NCBI GenBank assembly: GCA_012295275.1
Contig: CM022666.1
Location: 11,656,001-11,720,000 of the forward strand
Direction of reading: 5' to 3'
From: Chrysomallon squamiferum
Taxonomy: Eukaryota > Animalia > Mollusca
Length of the DNA stretch: 64,000 nucleotides
Position 1 is the first letter of the stretch; every line of letters starts with the position of its first letter. Below are positions 27,385-40,033 of the stretch, piece after piece. A model generated the notes under the pieces. It ran no database searches, was not told the DNA's origin, and saw only the letters and a list, made by a program, of their open reading frames with translations. The position numbers and the translations under genes were made by a program.

Positions 27385-29390
27385 TCATTCTGCAATATAA
27401 ATAACCTTTCTTCTGGCTTTCCTAGAAAACGGATCTTTTTCCACCGTGGTGCTCATTTTGAGAATATCAGCAGCCTTCTTAGCCATAGCAAAAGTCGACA
27501 AAGCATCGTACTTGGCCAGCAGCTCCTCTTTGTACGACAGAGTACTCTCCCTTCCGCTGTTCGGTGGTGGATTCAGAGGCATCGTTGCGTCGGTTTTGAT
27601 CGGCATTCCCGATTTGTCGACGAAAGAGAGGTTCTCTGACTCCTGAATCTTGTTTTCTTTCGTAGTAAAGATGTCTCTGTAGGTTCGCCTTGACGCGTCG
27701 ACGTCCTTGTGACTCATTCTGGAATCCAGTTTGTTGTGAGTGTCGATTACCACAGGTTTCACTGGCGTGTTAGGTTTTGGTGGAATATTTTCGTCGTCTG
27801 GTACTTGTGACGGCAGCGGAGTTCCGGACATGTCGTTGTGGCTGTCCGTGTGGTTGATGTTATTAGCAGACGATGTAAAATTTGGAGAACTGAGAGCGTT
27901 ATTATACGTCTGCTTGGATCCATAGTTCGGGAGGTCGTCATCATTCGTATCTTGATTTAGATCATTCTTGTCGTCTTCATTCAGATGAATCTTGTCTTCT
28001 CGAATTTTCTTCTGACTCTTGCGTCTCATGTATCGTCTACATTTAGCCACGCAGTAGATTGCGCTGCAGCCTCCGTACACAAGAATGATCAAAGGCAGGA
28101 CGAGAAACATCGCCATGTTGTTATTGTCGGCGTAAAATTCTTGTATTTTTGTCCAAGTATCTTTCTCTGTTGTCGAAGCCTCGGTTGTAACCGGTTCAGC
28201 TTCCCGGATGTGTCTGTTAAGGATGATGTCATCAACAAATCCAACTGCTTCAAAAAATGCAAGTGGTTTTCTGAAAGAGGGTGGCACTTTTCCAATCTCT
28301 CCATCGTTCAGAGATTCCACAGGCCGTCCTAAAATAAGTTTATAACAACAGATGTTAAGAGGTGACACAGCAAGAAGACACGACACAAATAACAGAACGA
28401 CTCTACTTGTTAATAATACAAATAAAAATAATTTCTATCTTGGTTTCATTGACAACACAGTTATATCTGGATGTTTGTATGTGAAATAAATCCCGAAGTT
28501 GTATGTGAAAAAAGTGTTAACAATATGTTTTTCAGAAGTCCTCGTAAGAAATGGTGACTTGATGTTACAAAATAACATTACAGCGGACTCTATAATATTT
28601 CAGTTGCATTTGGTTTTCCTTAGCCTTTATTGTCTTTTGAAAGTAGTTTCAGATGAAAAAAATTACAATCCTTTATTTATTTACTAATTTGTCATCATTT
28701 TCATTAATACTATACCTACTACTACTACTACAACTACTACAACTACTGAAACAGATAGTATTATTGTTGTTGTTGTTGTTGGTGTTGTTGTTGTTGTTTC
28801 TGGTAGTGGTGGTGGTGGTTTAAAAGAAAGAAAACAATAGAGAAACAAATTATTAATGAAAAAACTGCGATTCGATTGCAGCTAAATATTTATTAACCTT
28901 TCTGAAATGTTGAAGAGGAAATTTCTGGTCTTAATAGTAATTATTGGAATGAGAAGTAAGTCAACTCTTCACGTTCAGTTTCAATTTGAATTACATGTTA
29001 TAAATGGTGGACACAAGCAGTCGTTTTCAATTATTCTTTCATCCATCTGATCAGAAAATGAAAATAATAATGGGAAATGACAATTATTTTCAAATAAAAA
29101 AGAACTATTAACTGAAGAGAAAGACGCCACGGCGGAGGGGAATAATCAATGTTTGAGTCAGCCACTGACCACTCGGAGAGAAAAGTGAAATTTCTATTCA
29201 TTGTCTGACAAAGACAGATGACGTTCTTACCATCTATCAACGCTTTGTTATGTTTCAATTGTATCGCAGGAACCGTTAAACATTGCAATAATATACAATC
29301 GAATAATATACAATGAATATTGACAGATAAAACACACACACACACACACATACACACACACACATACACACACACACATACACATCCACA

Positions 29391-29428
<38 letters not shown>

Positions 29429-29448
29429 CATACACATCCACACGCACG

Positions 29449-29486
<38 letters not shown>

Positions 29487-30857
29487 CCAGAGAGAAAAAA
29501 TGTTTCAGGCTGAATGTTTAGAAATAAAAGATTTGTGTGTTTTTTGTTTCTTGTTTAAATTAAATTAATATTTGTTAAACTTTTATTATTACCAAAATAA
29601 ACACTTAAAATATGAGAAGGAATAGCTGGTTGCTGTCTTAACATGTCTGCTTTATCCTGCCAAGATAAAATTCTAATTAAACTAATTCGCAAAACTTTTA
29701 TATTATTTATAAAAATGTAATAAAATTACTTAACATAAAAATTTTAATCAGTTAAAGTAAAGTAGTAATATAATATAAAGTAATAAATATATATATATAT
29801 TAGGTTAGAACAGAATTAAGTTACCAGACTGGCTGTCTGTTGTGACATTATTCAATATTACGATCTATAGAATTTATTTTAAACATAAAGTGAAATCAAT
29901 ATTTCCTTTGTACTTTACCTCTTTTCTCTCAGGACAAAAGAAAAAACACAATTGATTTACTTATAGATCATTCCTGTTTAAACGTGTGGTTTAAAACATT
30001 TCTAAATATCGTTATTTCTGTAACGTACGTGCTGTTACACAGCAAAGTGTTACACGTGTCAAAAAACAGTGAACTTTGATTTGTTTCATCTCAGAGATCT
30101 GTGTCTGTCGTTCTCTACTAAGATTAAAGTTTATTTATGAAATGAACTTGATAATTTCTGATTTTCACGTGAACATCAAAACCGCTTCCATACATACATA
30201 CATATATACATTACATACATACATATATACATTACATACATACGTACATACATACATACATACATATATACATTACATACATATATATATACATACATTA
30301 CATACATACATAATATATACATTTATACGTTACATATATATATATACATTACATACATACATACATATATACATTTATACGTTACATACATACATACATT
30401 ACATACATACATACAAACATACATACATATATATTACAGACATACATACATACATACATATATACATTTATACGTTACATACATATATACATTACATACA
30501 TACGTACATACATACATACATACATATATACATTACATACATACATATATATATACATACATTACATACATACATAATATATACATTTATACGTTACATA
30601 CATATATACATTACATACATACATACACACATACATACATATATATTACAGACATACATACATATATACATTTATACGTTACATACATACATATATACAT
30701 TACATACATACACATATATATATACATTTATACGTTACATATATATATATACATTACATACATACATACATATATACATTTATACGTTACATATATATAT
30801 ATATACATTACATACATACATACATATATACATTTATACGTTACATATATATATACA

Positions 30858-30888
<31 letters not shown>

Positions 30889-32262
30889 CATACATACATG
30901 CATACACACATTACATACATACATACCATGACTGTAACTAGACTCTTTTTGAAATGAGGCTAAACAAATTGGGGAGGTGTCTGGGGGCTAAATGACAATG
31001 CACACTGCACCGGGGCAGGAACCGGGCTAAGACTGAAACGTGTGGATAGGATGCTGTAAATCATCAAGTGTTCGATAAACCTGTTTAATGTCTGATGTTT
31101 TTGAAGTCTTTTATCGCAACAATGACGATTAACTTCAAACGGTAACCGTAGACATAAATTCATTCAGCGAATACCGTTTCTATCGGAATAGATATTCATA
31201 TTATATATTTTTAAAATAAAATCGTTTTATAAAATTTTTTAAAAAAATAGGTGGTTTTGGGTTTTTTTTTTTTAATCGTCAATTTCGGTATGAGGCATTT
31301 GCCTCATTTGCCTCAATCCACTAACAGCCATGTATAAATACTACATACTTGTATATACACATATTATTTTCTCTTCATAACTGTACAAATGCTAACGTGT
31401 TTCGAGTTGTAATAGCATTTCATATTTTGATTAATAAACTGGTATTTTATATATTATCTTTAACTTAAACGTCTTTCAGATGAAAGTCGAATGTTTTCGT
31501 TTTATCAGTTATTTACTTTTTCATTAACGTGAAATTAAATAATAAGAAAATCGCAGAACTTAGCACTGGTTTTATTGTAAAAAGAAGGAAATTTCTGAAA
31601 TGAACAGTTTCTTTTGTTCCTTCATCAAACACCACCTGTATGATATTCACAGGTTTCAAAACAATTCTGTCAGTTTTTCATTAAAACAAATTCAGAATCC
31701 AAATATTTGTCGCTTATTATTTTCTGTACCCGCCATTTAAGTTGCAGTAAATGTTCATTTATTTTAATTTAAGAAACAATATACCTTTAAATTAAGGCAC
31801 GAATTACAAAACATATCAGAAATTTGTTATTTTCAAAGTTTAGTGAAATTAGTGTAAACTTATTGCTTGATGACCCGTAAATGAATTTATGATTACTCGT
31901 ATTATGACAGATAAAATACTAAATCTAGTATAATTTGAAGAGCTTCGTTCCAAAACGCTATCAATCCATTTTCTTTGTTTTGAGAAAAATGACTGTTTCT
32001 ACTCTGGAGTTTATCGTGTTACGTAACGAAGGTCTACAGTCTACTGTGTAGATCAGCGGCGGATACTGAATTTTGGGACAATGATTATGTGGCGTTGAAC
32101 AGCCATCAAATGCTGAACTTTTGGTGACATTTTGGGGGATTTTAAATTTGATTTTGGCGTTTATCGCGTTTTGGAATTAAAGTCTTCATTTATAACTGTA
32201 CCTGTGGAGAGCGCCACGAGAACACAGGAACACAGAAGCCAAGCTGTGACAAACTTCAGCAT
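27385..32262 (-). CDS. Uncharacterised type I single-pass membrane protein (paralog C, ~334 aa)
   Basis: Exons 32262-32202 (signal peptide [21 protein letters not shown]) and 28328-27385. Furin-like RHIR site, [23 protein letters not shown], then KCRRYMRRK and a long low-complexity tail ending [12 protein letters not shown]. Non-coding exon 1 ends at 32756, with a TATA-like element near 32895. Confidence 0.85.
30190..30926. repeat. Complex (TACA/TA)-derived low-complexity satellite in an intron of paralog C
   Basis: Seen directly. It explains the 293-aa HTYI ORF. Confidence 0.9.
30927..31332. mobile_element. Degenerate hAT-like MITE
   Basis: Left end CATGACTGTAACTAGAC matches the reverse complement of the right end, CATGGCTGTTAGTGGAT, at 12/17 positions. 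Subterminal TGAGGC/GCCTCA repeats and a G-rich internal motif. Confidence 0.45.
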
Positions 32263-33448
32263 TGAGTGTGATGCGGTTAACCCTGATACCTCACGCGCCT
32301 TCTTGTCTTAGTCCAACCTGTAGTGAGAAAACATCTAGAACATCAGTTAATAAGTTTCTTCTTTCATAATGATGATATTGATGATTATGATGATGATGAT
32401 AATAATAATCTCTATCTATATTAGTCTAACAGTGTATTTTCTTGATAAAATTATAAAACAAAGAAAGAATGATTAATAAATAAAATAAGAAACATCATAA
32501 TGATCTGTGTTTTTATTCAGTTTTTTTACTAAGTTTTTTTGAGTATTAAAATCATCAAATATAATGATGATTATGATATAAAATAACTATTAAATAGAAT
32601 AACGAATGGAACAATTATATACATTTTATTTTATTTTTGACTGGCTAGTTCTTATTTAACGATTCTTATTTATTTTTTAGTTATTATGGCTTATTAAATT
32701 CATTTAAATGATATCACCAAAATTTCATATATCATACACTACGACGGCATCTCACCTTTGAGGAATGTGTTGTGTAAAAGTCAGATTTTCCCTGTGGGAA
32801 GAAAAAACAGCAGCAATCCGCGTCAGACTGGAGAGTGTAGAAATGAGACAACGGCCTGGCAGCGACTGTCGCAGTCGAACCTGTCAGTCGCTTAATATAA
32901 ATTTATTGATTTCTCATTATCATGTGTTCTGGTTGCTTGGTGAAAAATGGATTGAAACATATTGATAAACTGGAAAAAAATAAATTCAGCAACATGCAGG
33001 AAATCAATGACTTTAGTAAAAAGCTGTAGGCTGTCAGAGTGTGTTTACGTACACCGCACGTCACGCCAGTCATTTATTGTGTTTGTCTTTACACACTAAA
33101 CACGCTTTAACACGCTCCGGTAGAAAAACAGGGGAAAAAAACATACAATATCCTCTGTGTAATATTAAAACAGTAACTCAATATGACATACCAGTGAAAG
33201 AACGAAGCAACAACCGTATAAGATTGAATGATTAACTGAGAATGATGTATAAAGGACAGTGATTTCACAGTATTAACACTTCAACTCAAACAGAAAACAA
33301 CGTAACTGTACTTTTGTTCAGCAGATATTTAATTCAAAGTGTATATCTGCTGAATAAACGTACAGTAATGTACAGTTTCTGTTTGAGTTAAAGTGCTTTA
33401 TATATATATGTATATATATATATGTGTGTGTGTATGTGTGTATATATA

Positions 33449-33485
<37 letters not shown>

Positions 33486-33828
33486 GATAGATAGATAGAT
33501 AAATAGATATATTAGATAGATAAACATATATATATATATATATATATAATATATATATAAATAGATAGATAAGATAGACAAACAGATATACAGATAGACA
33601 AATGAAAAAATAGATAGATTTCCTTGAACCAAAACTTTTTGGTTTTAAATTACATCCATCTAAAAATCACTGTTTTGTTTGTTTGTTGTTGTTAGATACT
33701 GAGAATCAGTAGGATCAGCAGCACGAAAGCAAGGTGAAGAAAGATGTTTAGTTTCTAGAATGACAAACATTCCAAACATCCTTATGCATAAACACTTAAC
33801 CGCTATGTGTTAACAATACAATGTGTGT

Positions 33829-33876
<48 letters not shown>

Positions 33877-34475
33877 AAACATTTTTTTAGAATAAGTAAT
33901 AATAAAAAGAATAATGTATCTCATATTCTTTTTTTCTTCTATTCTGTATACCTCTGCGATGGAAGATTAAAAAAAAACAATTATAAACAATCAATAAAGC
34001 ATTTTGAAAAATTGTTGATGTCGATGTTAACCTAAATCAGTAAGAAGTGTATTGAAAAACAATTGATTGGGATGATGTGCTTTGAAATTTACCTTTTGTC
34101 TCCAGTCTTCTCAGAAGCTTAATTTATGAAAACTGCAGAAAAAAAGAAAGAAAGAAAGAAAGAGAGAAAAAAACCTACAAAAATATTGAATATTGTTTTA
34201 ATCTATTTATATTAATCTTTTATCTATTCTATTTTGATTTATTCATAGACCGTTCCAAAGCTGATTTCAGTTATCTTCGTTGGCAAGGAGACATTATTTG
34301 TCTGTGTTGTCATGTATCTATTGACGTGTTTGCCATGTAATACTTCGCAACAAACCTCGTGTTCAAAATGTATTACCATTTTATAAAAAATAACAACAGT
34401 TTTTATTTCTATATATATAATAATAACATCAGTTCAGCTTTCTCATATTTATCTGGTATATGTATGTATGTATGT

Positions 34476-34547
<72 letters not shown>

Positions 34548-35468
34548 ATATATTTTTGAATCCACTAACACTACTTGGAAAATATCTATAATGTTTTAAC
34601 ACTGTGGTTTCTATTTTAGAATAGCGTTCTAAATATTTCATTAAAACATTACAAACACAAAATATTTCATTGATTTATTAACATTATTATTAATTTATTA
34701 TTTTTCTTCTTCGTCTTCTTTTCTTTTTCTTTTTTTTTATTATCATCACTTTAATATTTAAATGTTGGCTTCACATTAAAATTACAGTCATCGTTATTAC
34801 TATAATTATCTGATATCGTGTTACTAGAAGCAGATAAACAAAAACGAGTATATTTTCCACAATTTTATTACATGAAAACAAGAAGAGTCGTACAAACTGG
34901 CATTTTAATATTTATTTACATCGTTGTGTTTTTCAGTTGCCATTGTTAAGGTTGTTATTATTGAACTGTCTCCAATTTCATTTTTTTCTAGGTAAGTGAT
35001 CATCGATTGAACATTACTAAGCATTAATATTTAACAAGTTCGGTTTAACTGCCATTAAGCGGAGTTTATCTGTTATAAGTTAAAACTATACAAAAAAATA
35101 AAAATATCATTTTCAGCCTACATGAACCATTTTAATCTACATATAATGCTATATTTGAAATAAAGACTAATGACCAGAAACCTTTGTAAAAGAGCGCCCT
35201 TAAAACCTAAAACATTGCGGCAACTCGGGAAATGTGCAATTACGTTAACAGAAATTACGTTCGAACAGCCGAAGAAATATTTTTACAATGATTAATATCC
35301 TAGAAACCAAAACAAAATTTAAAAAGGAAAAAAAAATCAAAATAAGGAATTTAGGATGTCTTTTATCCAAAAAAAAAGAAGAAATTTTAACATCTGACAT
35401 GCCTCATTTTAATCTCCTTAGAATCTTGGCAATATTTATTTTATTATCATCATCATCACCGTCATCAT

Positions 35469-35532
<64 letters not shown>

Positions 35533-35535
35533 TGT

Positions 35536-35570
<35 letters not shown>

Positions 35571-36507
35571 TTTTCAGCTTTCTTTTTTCTATTTTCCTTA
35601 ATTTCCAAAACGATAGGCTATCACTTTGGTGCTCACCCGTGAATTAGGCGGAAACCCGATGGCCCACGCCCCTGCTGATAAAAAAGGTTATACGTAGCTA
35701 GGTGTGTACACTGAACAATACTCGTACAGCGAGCAAATTAATACGTTTGTAGGTGAATGTGGAGTCCTTACGTCTATATTCGCTGGTTGGCCAATCAGAA
35801 TAGAGTATTTTCTTACTGCCATGATAGAATAACAAATAAAATACCCAACATTTTAATTTTATAACCAATACGTAATTCCCAGATTCCGACAGAGTAAACG
35901 AACATTTAAGAACTCTATTAATATAAAAAATCTAAACTGTGACATCGGGACGAATGCAGACACAATTCAAATCGAAAGAAAAAGAAACAAAGAAACAAAG
36001 AAAAACAATCTTACACCAACTTACACACTGTGGATTTCATAAAATATTTTAATTAAATGTCAAAGAGAAAGATCACATACGTCTAACAGAGCAAATAAAC
36101 AATAAAAACAACAGAATAAAAACATCACTGAAAGAAGAAAGAAGATCAAAAAAAGACTGTCCATTTTCAAAACACAAACAAAATTATGAATATAACATAA
36201 TAGTTATTTTAGGTAAAATATAGATATGTGTTAATTTTCAGATACACCGATAATTTGAAAACACAATAATTTATATATTTATAATTATTATGAAAAAGCT
36301 GTAACATTCATTTTTTTTTATAATCCTATTTGGTTACAAAATAATAATTGTGTATATTTAAAATTTCATGGATAATATTTAAATTGATATAAATATGTAT
36401 TTAATAACTAATTTATAAGCCATAATTAAAAACGATGCAACTATGTTAATGTTTGATTAAACCAGTGATTTACGTAGCAGTGAATCACGTAAACACGAAA
36501 CTGAATT

Positions 36508-37128
36508 CTAAATAGACGAGTTCGGAGTTCCAGCTGTTTCTCTTGGTTCATTCAGCCAGTAAGTTCTTGTACGTCCATTTATTCCTGGGACAGTCTTGAG
36601 TTCTTCCTGAAATGCAGACAACTTACGTTTAAACATTCATTCACATGAGTGTGCGCATGTATGTGTATGATTGCATGTTTGTATAAACGTATGTATCTGT
36701 GTGTTTGTGTATGTATGTGTGTGTGGTGTATGCGTGTCTTTGTATTTAAAACAGCGATAATATATTTCGTTTATTTACATTTATTTACATATTACTGAAA
36801 TGTGTGTGGGTTTGTGTCTGTTTAAATATAGATGTTTCAGATTAGTTTATGCTGACAAGTCTTAATCAATATCATATTTAATTATTTTCTTGCAACAATG
36901 AATTTTCAGATAAGGTTAATTAAGATATTTTTACGATCATTTGTGAAACCTACAACTACAAAAGAAATGTATTCTAAGAAATGTCTCACCTTGACGTTGT
37001 CATCAAATCTTTCCACCAAAATGAATTCGTCTGAGACTGGGAGAGATTCGTACGTCATTTCACTGATGTGAATTTGTCCATCTGTCAAAATAAACAAATA
37101 AATAAATAAATATATAAATAAATAACTA

Positions 37129-37159
<31 letters not shown>

Positions 37160-37351
37160 TGTATGTATATCAACAGGCAGTTTAAGAAAAGTAATCAATA
37201 AATCATATGTACATGGATTCATTTTCTGTAACGTTGCAGCCTAGTCTTGAATGTATATTTTTTGTGAAGCTAGGACTCAGGTTAAAATGAGGGTCACGAA
37301 TTTAAAAAAGGAATATTTTTTTTTTTTACTTTTATTACGCTAGTTATTATT

Positions 37352-37383
<32 letters not shown>

Positions 37384-39829
37384 ATCACACTTACTTTCTC
37401 CAAGAGATTTAATTCTGGAGGCGATTGCGACAGTTTCCCCTAACAAGCAGTACCTCGGAATGTTAACACCGGCTACTACAGCAACCACCGAACCTGTGAG
37501 ACATTTAAAAACAGTTACTTTCAACGTAAAACATCCCATTTCAGTCATTTCTATAACATGTTATTAATTTTAAAAATGTTTTAAGAATATCATTATATCT
37601 GCCTATTATATTATTATGCTACGTTGTTGTTAACGTTGTTGTATGTCTGTTAATGGAATAGCGTCACTATTCTTTATATTATTATTATCGGTAGAGTAAT
37701 AGTAGTAATAATATCAGCTGCAGTCGTAGTGGTAGTGGTAATAATAGTAGTTATTTTGGTAGTAGTAGTAGTAGTAATAGTAGTAGTAGTTTTGGAAGTA
37801 GTAGTAATAGTATTGTTGGTAACAGTTATAACAGTTATTACTTGCATCAAAACACTAGTTGTTACTGTAGTAATAATAACACCACAAGTACTATTAGCAA
37901 AAGTAATAATAATAATTGCAGTAGTAGTAGTAGTTGTTGTTGTTGTATTTACCTGAATGACATCCTATTCTCAGTTTGTACATCTGAGCTGGCAGATGCG
38001 GGATCTCCACCTGTTTGACCTTCTTTGTGAGTTTCAGAGCCATTCGACAAATTGCGGCCGCGTGGTCATCTCTGTTGCTGGTCGGTACACCTGTACATCA
38101 AACATTTCACACAAATGTGTACTCCATTTCAGTATAGTATGCCAATAAGACAAGTAATATTTTATTCTACAGTAGTTAGCATATTCTAAAACTTCCCTTA
38201 CATGAAGATATGTATACATATAAAGCAATACACATATACTAAAACATAACTGATATTGTTGAAATACCTGAAGTGATCAAGTAGGCATCTCCAATTGTTT
38301 CAATTTTGCAAACCTCGTTCTCTTTAAGAATGTCGTTGAAGATGGCGCACATCTTGTTGATCATCTGTATGACTTGGATGGGTGAGCTGCGGGAAGAAAT
38401 CTCGTTGAAGTCCTGCATGTCAGAAAAGAAGACGGTGACGTCGGGGTAGTTCTTGCCGACCACCTCCTCGTTCCGCTTCATCATGTCAGCGATTGTCTTC
38501 GGCAGCAGCTGATACATCAGCTTCTGAGTGTGCCTCCTCTGCTTCTTCAGAGCAATCGACCTTTATAATGACAGGGGAAATCATACGAAATAAAACTATC
38601 ACTAATTCTCTCATCCACTTCCTTTCGTTCTCTTTATATAACAACAAGCACTAATCAACAAGCTTATTAATGGGAGGAAAATACAGAGAAAGCAGAAAAT
38701 AATATGTTGTAAATGTCTAGTCTTGAATCCTGAATGTTCTTATAATGCAACAATGTTTTCATTAAACACTAACAATTTATTACATAATGATAATGTATTA
38801 AAGAGTATCAGTATATTAAATGATGACGTATTAAAGAGTATCAGTGTATTAAATGATGACGTATTAAAGGGTACCAGTGTATTAAATGATGACAATGCAT
38901 TAAAGAGTATCAGTGTATTAAATAATGACGTATTAAAGATACCAGTTTATTAAATGATGACGTATTAAAGAGTATCAGTGTATTAAATGATGACGTATTA
39001 AAGAGTATCAGTTTATTAAATAATGACGTATTAAAGAGTATCAGTGTATTAAATAATGACGTATTAAAGAGTACCAGTTTATTAAATGATGACGTATTAA
39101 AGAGTATCAGTTTATTAAATAATGACGTATTAAAGAGTACCAGTTTATTAAATGATGACGTATTAAAGAGTATCAGTTTATTAAATAATGACGTATTAAA
39201 GAGTATCAGTTTATTTAAATAATGACGTATTAAAGAGTACCAGTTTATTTAAATAATGACGTATTAAAGAGTACCAGTGTATTAAATAATGACGTATTAA
39301 AGAGTATCAGTTTATTAAATAATGACGTATTAAAGAGTACCAGTGTATTAAATAATGACGTATTAAAGAGTACCAGTGTATTAAATAATGACGTATTAAA
39401 GAGTACCAGTGTATTAAACGATGACAATGTGTTATAAAATATCAGCGCACCTCTGCTGAATACAGACCGAGTACTTCTGACTGATGTTCATCAAGAAATA
39501 TATGACGTATACAATGATAATGGAGATGAAGACGACGCAGATGCACATGGCGGAGATGACGTACATCTTTCCCAGGTTGGCTCTCTGACCTTTGTCCTGC
39601 ATTTTAGTGACCTCGACTGCGAGCTGTTGTTGTATGACGAGCAGCAGGTCCATGTACTGCGTCATGTTGTCGAACCACCACTGCGCCATGTCGAGCGTGC
39701 TGCTGCCTCCCAGGTCGTTGCGGCGAATCTCAGCCCGCATGCTGTTCAGGTTCTCCAGCAGCTTCTTGTTTTTCTGAAAATTATCTCAGATGTGTAAACA
39801 GAAAACTTGGCTAGGGCTAACGGTGTGTA

Positions 39830-39917
<88 letters not shown>

Positions 39918-39998
39918 TTTGTACACATACACAAATCAAGATGGCAATTTAAATTAAATCAAATATGTCCTTAAATTATAAAATAATTCTAATAATAA

Positions 39999-40033
<35 letters not shown>

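Noticed and set aside
30076-30957. 293-aa His/Thr/Tyr/Ile ORF and the similar ORFs at 6.5, 17.2, 26.5, 29.3, 43, 50.5, 57 and 63.7 kb
   Set aside because: These are translations of microsatellites.
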